DNA from: Phallusia mammillata
Lineage: Eukaryota
Assembly: GCA_965637545.1 (NCBI GenBank)
Contig: OZ281497.1
Coordinates: 18,972,001-19,036,000, forward strand
Direction of reading: 5' to 3'
Length of the DNA stretch: 64,000 nucleotides
Shown here: one piece after another, positions 1 through 12,700 of the stretch
How the letters are laid out: every line of letters begins with the position of its first letter
Numbering within the stretch: the first letter of the stretch is position 1
Notes under the pieces: model-generated
Seen by the model: only the letters and a program-made list of their open reading frames with translations
Told to the model about the DNA's origin: nothing
Database searches by the model: none
Program-made: the position numbers and the translations under genes

Positions 1-261
1 ACAAAGAAAAAAAGATTTAAAGCCGAAACATATGGTTTTGTTTGCTATGTTTTTCAACCAGTCCATCAGCTATTGACCTTAATTGCAATCAAGCCGTTCC
101 ACAAATGCTTAGCTGAGTACATTATGTAAATACATAACAGGATGACAGAATTTTTGACAAAATCATGTTAACATTTAAAACATTCTTTTACATAAAAGGC
201 CAACGTAATAAGACAGGTAGCCATTGCATGATAAGTAAGATGCAGACAGTGTACATCGTTA

Positions 262-405
262 CTTCCTATAAGATCCCATCTATGTAGCTGGCGACACAAC
301 AGTGACGGTACAAATATATGAGCTATTGCTGCCAGGCAAGTTTATAGAGCTCTTCTGGCAAATGTATTTTTATTCCGACGTCCTATACAGGTCGCCTTCA
401 TCAGG
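262..405 (-). mobile_element. Degenerate repeat with hammerhead-like CTGATGA-stem core (Penelope pLTR-like), copy 1
   Basis: Minus strand CTGATGAAGGCGACCTGTATAGGACGTCGGAAT...gcctggcagcaatagc; homologous to 52278-52370. Confidence 0.5.
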
Positions 406-619
406 GTAAATAACACTGAATGTGCGTCGTACAGTTGACGGTATAAGCTAGAGTTGTCACTATAGGGCACTCCAGTTAGTTGGGAGTAACATACTGAAAG
501 TCATGCCTCACAAAATCTGTAGGATGCCACAATGAGACACAACCACAGATAGATAGATACACAATAAACAATAAACTGCCTAGAAACCAAACCGAAGTGT
601 CTCAATCTAAAAAAAACAC

Positions 620-685
620 TATCTAATACGCTGATGATACCTTATAGGTCGAAACAATGTTTACTGTCCGCAGCTCACATAGATG
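620..685 (+). ncRNA. Type I hammerhead ribozyme-like motif (near-intact, probably retroelement-derived)
   Basis: TACG-CTGATGA(631-637)-TACC TTATA GGTC-GAAA(651-654)-CA ATGTTTAC TG-TC|CGCA: core boxes, stem II, stem III ACA/TGT, GUC site at 666-668, stem I with distal tatcta/tagatg helix. Confidence 0.6.
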
Positions 686-798
686 TACCTTGATAGAAAA
701 CAGCCAAATCATACTTAACTAATGGGTTTAACTTTTTTTTTGGTAAAGTAGTTACATAACATCGGTGCGGAAGATAAACAGAATCTTCTAAACCTAAC

Positions 799-3700
799 CT
801 GTTCCTCTTCTTCTCCCGTCACAAGATCCACTTTGTCTGGGAGCGGAATTTTCGGTTCAAAGTAAACGTCGGCTGTGTAGGAATCCTCACTGTAAAGATG
901 TTGTACTAAGTTACTTATATGTTTTGGGGTTCGGTGTTTTGCTTACAATAATACGTTACCTCGTGGCTGAGCAAACGCTGATGCCTCGTTGTTTAGGTTT
1001 GTCGGGACTGACATCTGGTTTCATCTTAAATTGGAACTTATCTAAACCAATGGAGGTTGGAATTTTCGGTGCACTGTCAGCTGTAAAACAATGTTACATT
1101 TGGTACACAATTCACGGTTTATATACCAAACCCGAAACAAACAAACAAACAAACAAACAAACAAACAAACAAACAAACCTACCAGTGTATTTGTGTAAAA
1201 CATAACGTTTCAGCGGCAACTTGTGTCATTCTCCAATAAATTTTGTTGCCATCGCAACGTTACGATTTACACAAATATACTGGCTTGTTTGTTACCGGTT
1301 AAAATTTTACATTAGTGTGCAGAAGTATGTTTTATAAAGATTATTTTTTTCACAGGATTGCCATTAGAGAACGTAAAAAAGTACCAAAACGGAAAAAAAT
1401 GGTTTATCTGCTCTAGTTAAGGATTCGCAAAACAGGAGCTAATTCAGGCAAGCCCGTAGACTCGGAGTTAAAAGATCTTTGTCTCAGTAATAAAAGCCCG
1501 TCTCTTCTAGCGGATTACACGAAATCCGGGCAATCGTTTAATGGTACATGAGTGATCCCGTGATAAAACAGGCGACATGGGTTTTGCGGTTTAACTAACC
1601 TTCCTGCTTTCGGTTGTCACTTTCCACTTTTTCAACAGGTGGTTTGAAACTAGAAAGAAAAAACATCACGGTGAAAAACAACGAAATATTTGTTAGCATC
1701 AAGGGTACACAGTTAAGTTGTTGGTGATAAAACCCACCCTTTGGCTGCTTCGTTCTTTTCCTTAATATGACGTTGAACCAACGGCGTCAACGCAAGCTTG
1801 GTGGGGTCAAACTTCGACGAATCGGTGGGAACCAACCCTGTTACGCATAATTAAATATACTTACGCAAAAAATCAGTAATCTACAGCCTTGTATTAATTA
1901 CCATCAAGCTGAAAAGTCAACATTCTTAAAATATAGAAAAATGGAAGAATAGGGTTATGAGATGAGCGTTTACCTTCTGTGATGGTATTCTCCAGGTCAA
2001 TCTTCGGTTTTTCAAGAAGCTTGTCTTTGAAATAACCCAGTTCCGATTTCATTTTCTCCACTTGATTAATGTAAGTTGTGGCTGGTGCGTTTGATGTGGA
2101 AGAACCTCCCATCAAAATCTAAAATTAAAGAAATATTTTACTCCAGATCGTTTCGTGTTGGCTAGGATTTGGATGATAAACGACATGTAATGCAACTGTA
2201 TAGTGAAGTTTCTGTGCAAAATAAAATGATAACCAGGGCAACATAGGTAATTACATCGTAAATTCTTTTCATAATCTTCTGCGAAGGATTTGCTACTGCG
2301 ATAATAGTTAGGGACATTTTGTTTTACCCAATCTTTACAGAAAATTTGCATATAAGAAGTATAGCATAAACGTGACCAAGAATTTTTTTAAAAGTTTCTA
2401 AAACACTTCAACCACCTGACATTCCTGCACTTTATCTTTGAAATGTTCTGCAAACTCGGCGTTCTTAAACCGGATTGCGAATTGTTCCACTACGGGGGTT
2501 TCCCCACCCTCAGAAAAGTCGTGAGCCAACCAAGTCCAAGCACGATCTGAACCGGCGTGCGGGGAAAGCTTCAAGTCAGAAGTCAGGTAATGGTTGGCGC
2601 ATACCTGGTCAGGATAACGAAAAGAGTTTGGTATTGAAAAGTTACAGTGAAAAGTACAGAGGTGTATAGGGATGTATAAATGAAAAGTTGAGTTTTTTGT
2701 CATTAAATCACAGTACGCCAGTCGAATCAGCCGGTCACCAAGCATTTCCATGTGATAAGGCGTAGGCTAGAACTGTGGTCGGCAACGGCCGGTCCGCCAG
2801 GATTTTATTACCGGGCCGTATAATTTTTCAGGTTAAATGCTATAAAACATTTTGTCAATGTATCCCTGAGATGATAAACCAATTTAGGCGTTTTCATTGC
2901 TAAATATTTGTAGTTTTTTTTTTGAAGAACGGTCCGCGATAAAACTTCACTTTCAAAAACGGTCCGCAGTGCAAAAAAGGTTGCCGACCCCTGGGCTAGA
3001 AAAAGCTATCCTGCGGTGGGATTCGAACCCACGACAGGATTCTTTTTGTCACACGGTATTAAAATTGGATCCCGATTTCAGGGCTTGGCCGCTAAAGCTA
3101 ATTTCTCGGCTACCCAAGGTGGTTATATTTGACTTTAAACTTTGGTATATCCTGTATTTCGCCAACAAATCTCTTTCCCTTTCCACAGCTTTAAAGTTGT
3201 TTATGACACATTTGACACATTTGAGCCGTGTAATAAGTATGAAGGCCTAAGACTATGTTCGTGTTTTTTAAACGTTGTAGCAGCATTGTTTATCTTTACC
3301 TTGAACACTTGTTCGCGCCTCATCACAATCCTGTATCGGTTTGTTGATTTGTTGAATTTAATGCAGATATCTCCCACACCTCGCTCTTTCCACTGTGATG
3401 TATCCTAAACAACACACACGTGGCTATCAACAAGAAACATACAAGAACAAAATACAACAACAACAAAAATTTAACAACAAGAAACATATTTTGCATCTAA
3501 TGCGGTTATAAGGAGAAAGAAGGGTGCCTTGTACTTACTTACATACTTACTGAACATGCTTGAAACCGTTTACCCAAGTAAACATACTATTTCAATTTTA
3601 ACACCACAAGTTAAACCATATCGATAAACTTAGACACAGAAGTTCGTAACATAAAATAATACTGCTCCATGAAGTTCACGCAAAGCGAAACTGTTTTAAA

Positions 3701-6700
3701 AACAAAACAACTTTTTTTAGAACAAAAAGATCAAAAGGAAACTGGTCGTTAAGTTCACAATTAAAATCCAAGGTTGTTTCGATTCACATTTGCATTGTGT
3801 ATTGAACAAATTTATTGATTTTGTTTACCCCGTCCCATCGGAAGAGTTTTGATCTCTGCGAGTAAAGCGTGTCTTCATCCTCCTCTCCAGTTACCATGGC
3901 AACCTTTTCCGGAAGTTTCACGATCGGTTCGAAGTGGATGTCGTCACGCTCCTCGTCCTGCGGAGAAAAGGAAACAACGTTTTTGTTTAACTTCTGGCAA
4001 ACAACTTAGCACTTCAAATGTTACAACAAAACGTGTTCCGTTTCGTCCATCATTAAATCTCTCCTCGAGTTTACCTTGTAGAGCTCGGTGCTTTGGTCGG
4101 CGTCGTCGGGTTTCGATTGCTGTGAGAACATTGGCTTGGGGCTGGGCTGCCAGGCTTGGGGTGTGGTGGTTTTAATTCCGCTGAAATTAAAACTTGACTT
4201 GGTCGCAGCCAGGTCAGCAAAAGTCGCAAGACTGCTTCCACCTGTTGTGAAATAGAGACAATAAATCGATACTTTATTCGTCGGTTGATAAAATTTCAGA
4301 GAGAGCATACCGAAAGTTGGTTTGGCGTCTTGAGGTTGTTCATCGGGTTTCTTTGTTGATTTACGATCACTTGCAGAAGACGCACTTGATTCTGTCAATA
4401 AGTTGCATGTATTAATCAACGCTCTATCATGTACCACTTTAGAAGTTAGAACCATGTTACCAATAACTTATCTATGAGAGGATGACCAGCAAAACCTGGT
4501 TAATCGTATATCCAATTTGCGAAGCTATTCATGCAAATATTCAGAATATGCGTTTAACCAAGTTTTTTTTAAAAGCTATTTCCAATTAAACGAAATAAGC
4601 GATTAACCGGATTCGTTCATGTTATCAATGAATATCATTTACACATTACTTTTCATTTAAGTGTGTATATATACAAGATTTACCATTACCTGTTCCGCCT
4701 TCGTCCTTTTCTCCCTTCTGTTTTTCATCTTCCAGGTAGTTGTAGAAATGAGGGGGAAGCATTAGACTTTCTGCTTTTTCTTGCAACTCTTTGGATGGAA
4801 GAATCTCACCCACACATATGACATCATCATCACTTCCATTTGCATCAACTGCAGCAGCTTCATTTTCCTGCACATTTTGGCAAAGTGATAAGTTATACAT
4901 CGAAAAAACAAGTAACTTAGTTGGTATAAATTTACACCATTTGGTCGAAAAACTATATTAAACATGCAAACTAGTGAGAAAAAAAAACGTTTGTTCAATA
5001 GTTTATAAAGTTTTGCGCCGTCCCATGGTGAAACAGTGCTTCGTTGTGCAGTTCTATTGTGTGTGCCTTTTCAGTTTGTTTTCAAATACTTTTATAACAC
5101 ACACCTTTGGCGCCTGGTATCTAGTCAATGGCGACTGATGTGCGAAAGTATTGATTTCACCCTCTTCGACGTCATATTCCTCCTCGTCATCCGATGAGTA
5201 ATCGTCATCATCACTATAATCTGAATACAAATTTGGAAAGTTAAAGTTAAGGGGTTCAAGTTGTACTGGATGGAAATTACAGCTGTTGTCTTCCCATTAG
5301 GGCCGGTTTGCAAGGGTGAATTTGATATGACTTGATAAACGTAAGAAAGCATTAGTTTTGTCATTTCTTGAGAGACAAAAGTGATTTGCAAGAGTCATTT
5401 CATATTGTTTTCTGTCCGGCACGCTAGCAACATACCCTCAACAATAAACTTATGTATATTTTGTTTGTGAAATAGTTTATTTTGTGGAGTATAGTAAGAA
5501 AAATGTGAGTGCAAATTTTATCTTCGAAAGTGGTCACAAACAAGACACAAACCGCTGAAGACGTCAGCTGTGTGTTTTTAAACCTATTAGCATTCCTTTA
5601 AGCAAATTGTTATTATTCACCGTCATTTGAATCCACAGAAGATGAGGAAGCGCTTCCTTTATCAACATCAACATCATCTTTTACACTTGGGAAGCGAGGT
5701 TTGGCAAGTAAAGCTCCTCCAGGCCCTGAACTAGACTTGAATGGGTCTTCATTGTCATCTGGTTTGAAACTAAAGGGCTTTGAAGCTGCAAAATAGTATG
5801 AAAATTTTTTAAAAACTTGCTAAATTGCTTTAAACTTTTCATCCAAATTACCAGTACTTTGACTTCCAAATGAAAAAGAGAAACCACCAGTTGGTTGACT
5901 TCCACCTGCTCGTTGAAGTGTTCGATGGTCACTTTGTGTAAAATCCTGAAAAATGGTGTCAAGAATTGTATTGATGTCGTCAATGATACCAGATTGCTAA
6001 ATATAATGCTACCTTGTCGGTTTCTGGTTTAGAAGTTCCAAATGAATACGTCGGAGTTGAGTCTGATGAAAAAACATCACATTTATTGAGTAAATTTGTT
6101 TTTTGTAATATTTATGACTTTTCACAGAGATTGTAATTTCCTGTGGATTTTGTTTTTTGCCAACAAAGCTTTATTTTTAATTCAATTACCATTTTCCAAT
6201 TTAGAAAACAACTTTAAAAGGTTTTAGATTTCATTTTGTTCAACTTACCTGATTTGACTGTATCTTGTTTGCCAAACGTAGCAGTTGTGTCCTGTATTAC
6301 AAGATGTAAAACACAACACATAAGAACATATCAAACATCTCACATGCAACACAAGTTTTTGACGCGATGCAAACTTACCTGTCCTTTCTTTAAACCAAAC
6401 GAAAATGTGGACGAACCAGTAGTTGTACCAAAAAGAGTAGCTGTAAATGGCTTAGCTGGCTTTGGTGCTGAATAAAAATTAAGTTACAAGTTACCATCTG
6501 TTAACTTTGTTCCTCAATTAAATTTATTTATCTTGTGTTTATGTATGCATGACTGGCTTCAATGCTTGAGTGATTTTGTGTAGGTGGCAACTTGCTTGAG
6601 CTCTCACTCAGCATGTTTAGTTTAGTAGTTGTTGGGTTGACTCACATGACTTGCTTATGTGAAATACTCGTATATGTTTTTAATTTATGTTTAAACAACT

Positions 6701-9700
6701 TATTTATATTCTATTTGAATAAGCTGTGTGTAGTATATCAGAAATAACGAATCACCAGAGACTCAGTACGACAGATGGAGACAACAGTCATGTATAATAA
6801 CACACTGAAAACTTTGACAAGTCTGAAGTCGTCCACAGTTTTTTTTTTAGGTATATATTTTACCTAAGTAATAGGCATCATATGGCATCAGACTTGTCAA
6901 AGTTTTCAGTCTGCTATTTGAATAAGTTAATAAAATAAGTTAACACAGACAACATAGGTTTGTAAACACACAGGATATTTCAATGAAACAAAACTACAAT
7001 ACTTGTTTGTTCTGTGGAAGCAGGAGCACTAGGGTTTGATGCACCACAACATGGACACATGACTTCACTTGGTGGATTTTTCACCATACAATCAGGACAT
7101 TCCCAACTTCCGGCAACTGCTGGTTTGCTAAAGATGCCTTTTTGTGGTTCTGTAGTGGATGAGAAAATATTGGGTGGTTGCAAAAAAATTAAAGTTTTAC
7201 AAAAACTTGAACCTTTACCGGCTGGTTGAGAGGGAATAGCAGGAGCTGTGGAAACTGACTGTGTCTGCAAAAACAAGCACATTTCAAGTCAGCAGTTTAA
7301 ATTTGTACAAACATTAACACCTATTTTTACATTTTTACAAATTCAAAATAAAGCCTAAATACCTACCTCTTTAGTATCCTGTTTGGTGCCAAATGAAAAC
7401 GTTGATTTTGAATCTAGAAAACAAAAAGTATGTTTACAATATGTTTGACTTTAACTTGTGTAGTTAGTAGGGATGTGCCAAAATTGCAAATGTTCTGTTT
7501 GGTCGAGCACCGAGCATCTCACTTTAATGCTCGGTGCTCGGCCGAGCACGCTCGGTGCATTATGACGTCACAAAAAATCGTATGTTAGCAGGGCATGAAT
7601 ATGCAAATTTAATGCTCGGGTCAGTTTTTACAACTGCTCGGCCGAGCACCGAGCATTAAAAACAGCGATGCTCGGTACCGAGTACTCGGGTTCTGGCTTG
7701 GCTCGGCCCATCCCTAGTAGTTAGTTGAACTATCGGTTCAAACACAGAACCAAGAAATTTAAATTAAAAAACTACAAAGAAGGCAAGTAAACATGAACAA
7801 TTTTGTACCAGATTGAACAGGATCTGATTTTCCAAATATTGAAGTGGTATCCTGCAAAAACAATGTTCGTAAGAGATGTCACTCAGTAACCAGACATGAA
7901 TCAAAATATACATGTAATTTATGTTAGAAAAGCAATTAATCACTAATCATTGCAAATTTCATTGGGTCATTATTTTAGTATTTACCTGTCCCTGTTTTAC
8001 ACCAAATGAAAATGTAGATGAAGTGCTTGGTGCTCCGAAAATGCTTGGAGCAAAAGGCTTGGATGGCTTTGTTTCTAAAAAATACAAGTTTTACCACTTG
8101 TCATTTTAGCAGTCCACAGGAAACATACACCAAATCACAAAACTGAAACAGCAGAAAGTAATTAGTTTTTCAAATAACAGCATTAAGCATTTATTCCCAA
8201 CAAATATTTCCAAACCTGTTGCTTGTGTTGAATCAGCAGCAGTTGGGTTTGAGGCACCACAACATTGGCACATGGTTACAGATGGTGGATTATTCACCAT
8301 ACAATCAGGACAATTCCAACTTCCCGCAGCTTTTGGTTTGCTAAGAACCCCTTTTTGTGATTCTAGAGTGTACATTGACATATTGAGTGGTTGTTAAATA
8401 AATAAACAGACAGCTAAAACTCCAACCCTTACCAGCTGGTTGAGAGGGCACAGCAGGAGCAGTCAAAATTGATTGTGTCTGCAAAAAAGGAAATTTTAAC
8501 TCCAAGGATGGAAATAAACATGCACACGACATCAGCAATCATAACAGTTGGACACTAATACAAACAAATCTGGTTCATCACATAATTTGTAATTTGATTG
8601 ATTGAATAAAAATCATAAACCCCAACTGTAGCTGTTTGAGATGAAAATCATCAGTTTAGTCACCACATTTGGATATTGTATAAATCGCTTGGCATGTTGG
8701 TTATGCAATTAAACAGATTTGTATATAGTTGCATGTATTGTTAGACCAGTACGAAAGTCTTTACCTGCCCCGGTTTTACACCAAATGAAAACGTAGATGA
8801 AGTGCTTGGTGCTCCAAAAATGGTTGGCGTGAATGGCTTTGATGGTTTAGTTTCTGAAACACAACACACAACACATTTGTCGTCCACTACATAAGTTAAT
8901 CACAAAAATAAAGCAGAAGAATTTAAGAAACATTAGTTATAAACCTGTTGTTTGTGTAGATTCTGCAGCACTTGGGTTCTGTGCACTACAGCATTGGCAC
9001 ATGTTTGCAGAGGGTGGATTTTTCACCATACAATCAGGACATTCCCAACTTCCAACAACTGATGGTTTGCTAAAGATGCCCATTTCTGATTGTAGCAAAG
9101 AAAAAACACGCTTTAAAGTATCTATACAATGGCTAAAAAAAGATAAATATTTTTTTCATACATCACATTGAGCAAAACTTACCAGAAGTTTGTGTGGTGG
9201 GTGGTTTGCTAACTGGGGTTGATGATTGTACATTTGAAGGCTAAAAAACAGACAAAAATTAGTCGATTATTTAAGTGTATAGATATTTTGCAAGTAGGAA
9301 ACAATTTAGGGCCAATCATTAGGTTACACAACTAATTCAAACTACCAAACAGATTTTTTTTATGAAAGGGTGGTAATTAAAACTTGTATTTTAAATACAC
9401 ACCTTTGTTACAAGGTTATTTCCATTGGCATTGTTGGATGAAGTGTTGGCGATACCAAAAGGCTTGACTTGTTGTTGCTGTGATTCTTTCCTGATGAATG
9501 CAGTGGCAGCTCTTGATGGTGAAGTGGGTTGTTTCAGAGCTAAAATATTTTGCAAAAATCATGGGTATATAGAATCAACAACTTAATACACTGAAAGTTC
9601 AACTCGTTTACTTCTGTCCATATGTCAGCTATGATTATATATAAAAAAATAATAACATACTGAACAAATAAATTGCGTAATTTTGTCCAATACATTGATT

Positions 9701-12700
9701 TAACTTTGTGAAATAATTATATTTTGTTTTGATGTGTTCTCACTTGGCTGTTCATTGGCACAGTTGGCAGCAAGATCCACTTGCTCTTTAAAACTGGATG
9801 CACTGTCAACATTTCCAAATCTCACAGCAAACATTTCTTTCTGTGGTTGATCATCAATATCTGAGAAGTCCTGCGCCACCCATGTCCATGCTTTGCAATT
9901 GGTTCCATGTGGTTTGAGTTGCATGTTGCCAGTGATATAGTGATTTGCACACAACTTCAAGACCTTAATTTGACAGAAAAATATTTGTTTGCACAATTAC
10001 AGACTCTGTGGGTTTGACATTAAAGTCTGACATTTGTCACTATTGCCAATACGAAAAACCTAATTTTTCTTAGGGAGTGAGGGTATGAAAAATAGCTATG
10101 GTATAAAGTCACAATTGTACTGATTGCTTCATAGTAATCTAAAAGCGAATTTAGAATAATAAGACTTTGTAACAAACAAATCAAACCTGTTCTCTTCTCA
10201 TGACAATCCGATATTTAGCAGTCAACTTGTGCTTTAGAACTTTAATGTCACCAACACCTCTCTCCTTCCACTGTGAGTCGTTAAACCGATACAGCTTCGC
10301 ACGGTGGCAGAAGAGTACCTTAACAAACATCCAAATTAATGTACAAAACTTGTTCTACAGGACATAATAATTGATCGATAAGAAAATACAGAGTTTGGTT
10401 TGGTTGAACACACATCATTGTCACAAATATTTCAGCAGTAATCACATATCTGCCAAAAATCAGTCACACATATTACTATTGGGTAGTAGACCAAACCTAC
10501 AAGATTCTGTCTCAGATCATGTTAAATGTTCTATTAGTTAAGGCCCAGGAACAATGTTGTTACCTCTTCGTCCTCTTCACCAGTTCTTGCTTCCACAAGA
10601 TCAGGAAGATCAATCTTGGGTGCAAAATGTGGTCCATCACTTTGGTTGTGATCATCAGTTTCATGACTTGTTTCATCATCAGGTTTGGTTACTTCGGCTG
10701 GTGCAGCTGCTGAGACAATCTCTGTAACAGTATTAATAGAGAGGACATGAAATAAGTTGACATATGTTCTAAACCACAAATCTCAAATAACTACCTCTGT
10801 CATATAATCAAACATAATATATCTTGTAAAAATCATTTTACACCTAAAACCTGGAGATTTTAGGAAAGCAGCAAAAACTGTTGCATGAAGTATCGAAAAT
10901 GCATTGAAGTCCAGAACTAGATAGTTTTGTGTTCATTTAAAACAATCTGTTATCCAATACTTGTCATTTCAAACTAATCATACTAAAAATGATTTTTTAA
11001 CCTGGTTCTGGAGTCATCTTAGGTTTTGGTGCTCCAAAGCTAAACTTAAATGGTGCTGGTTTTATCCCACCTTCAGGACCAGCACCAGCAAATCCCTCAG
11101 TAAGAGCTCCAGCAAGTCCAGTGAAAACAGATGGTTTGCTGGTTTCTAAGCATTGAAACACATATGGAGATGTTTTTATCTTTTAAAAATTTGCATCTCT
11201 GTAAACCATCCTACCTGGTCTTGGTGCTGCAGTACTTTTTTCCTCAAGTTCACTTGGTTTGGGCATCACAAATTTAAAAGTTGATGCAGCAGCTGCAACT
11301 AAACATATTCACACATGTATAAGCTAAACTTGACATATGAATGCAGGAAAAGCAGGGTTCCCGCACAATTTTCATTTATAAATTCCATGACTTTTCCAAA
11401 ACTTTTCAAGAAAAAAACCAAATATCCATAACCTTATTTTTTTTTTAAATCGAGCAATTCCCACAGTAAAACTAGAAAAGAGGTTTTGGTATATGTAGCC
11501 AATTTACCATACTTGCAACGAATATACAAATGTTACATAATTTGAAATTCCTATCTCTATCTGGCATTTTCACAATAAAAACAGGTGCCAAATTCCATAC
11601 TTTTTCAAGGACTTTTGCAAAAGTTGGGTTTTTTCAAAACTTTTCCAGGCCTTAAAAATACAAATTTAAATTCCATAACTTTTCCAGGTTTTCCATACCC
11701 GCGGGAATCCTGGAAAAGTTATGAGGAACGCATATTACAGGAAGAAAAGTGTGCTTAATGAAAATTCAGTTTTCAGTTGTTCTGTCATTGAAGCAATATC
11801 ACCAGTTTAAGAGAAATTACAATATAATATTTCGGCATTACTGATACATGCACCTCTCTATATATAAAAAAACAAGAAATGACCCATTTACATACTGGAT
11901 GGTGGAGTTGATTTCTGGGTTGTTGCAATGGGTTGTTTCTTTTCACCTGTCTCTGAAGAAGGCTCTTTTCCAACTACTGACGCTAAAAAAAGACAAAAAG
12001 TTGACTATGGATTTTAAGAAATACTCATTTGGGGGATCAGATCTTCACATACACATTGGTGTATCCGGTGCAGAACTCGCTTTTGACGCTTCTTTGTTCA
12101 CAACATTTTTAAACTTGTTAGCGACCTCGGAAGTCTTAAAACGAGCTGCTAGCTGCTCATTCTTTGATTCTCCATCGGCAAAATCAAAAGCAGTCCACAC
12201 AAGTGCTCGTTCAGATGTCTCCATAGGGGTCAGTGTGAGCGAGCTCGAGATAAAATGGTTGCAGCAAACTTTGTGAACCTGCAAGTTAATTACGAAACTG
12301 TTCAAAAACTAGAATAGTGGTTTTCCTATATATTGCCGGGTTATATATACTACATCATATTTAATGATGTATCACATATTCCATTTACTATATTCATAAT
12401 GGATATATATTTGGCACCAACATTTCATTGGGTCCCTATCTTTTTCCTGGCACTTTATAACCTAATTGTTTCTGCAAGCATAATCTAATGGGTCCCCACA
12501 CATATGCATATGCGATTTGGTAACAGTAGAAATAGGGCACAATCACTGTTAGATATTTACCAATTTACTATACACATCATTTGATCTACACATATGATTG
12601 TTTTTGCAAGCAAAAACGAATGGGTCCCCACATGCACGTTTGTGCGGATTTATGGTAAACAAACATCCTGGTTATTTTTAGATTCTTAAGGACAAGCTTA

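Larger units (their letters stand above)
2412..3960 (-). other. RanBP2 Ran-binding domain 3
   Basis: [39 protein letters not shown]|[13 protein letters not shown]...RREQVFK|[33 protein letters not shown]. Confidence 0.9.

Noticed and set aside
2112-2351. Minus-strand 79-aa ORF as an extra RanBP2 exon
   Set aside because: Its likely acceptor gives a stop in the required phase; flanking exons join in frame without it
4242-4310. 69-nt stop-free in-frame intron in RanBP2 as coding sequence
   Set aside because: Canonical GT-AG with a pyrimidine tract; retention is possible but unsupported
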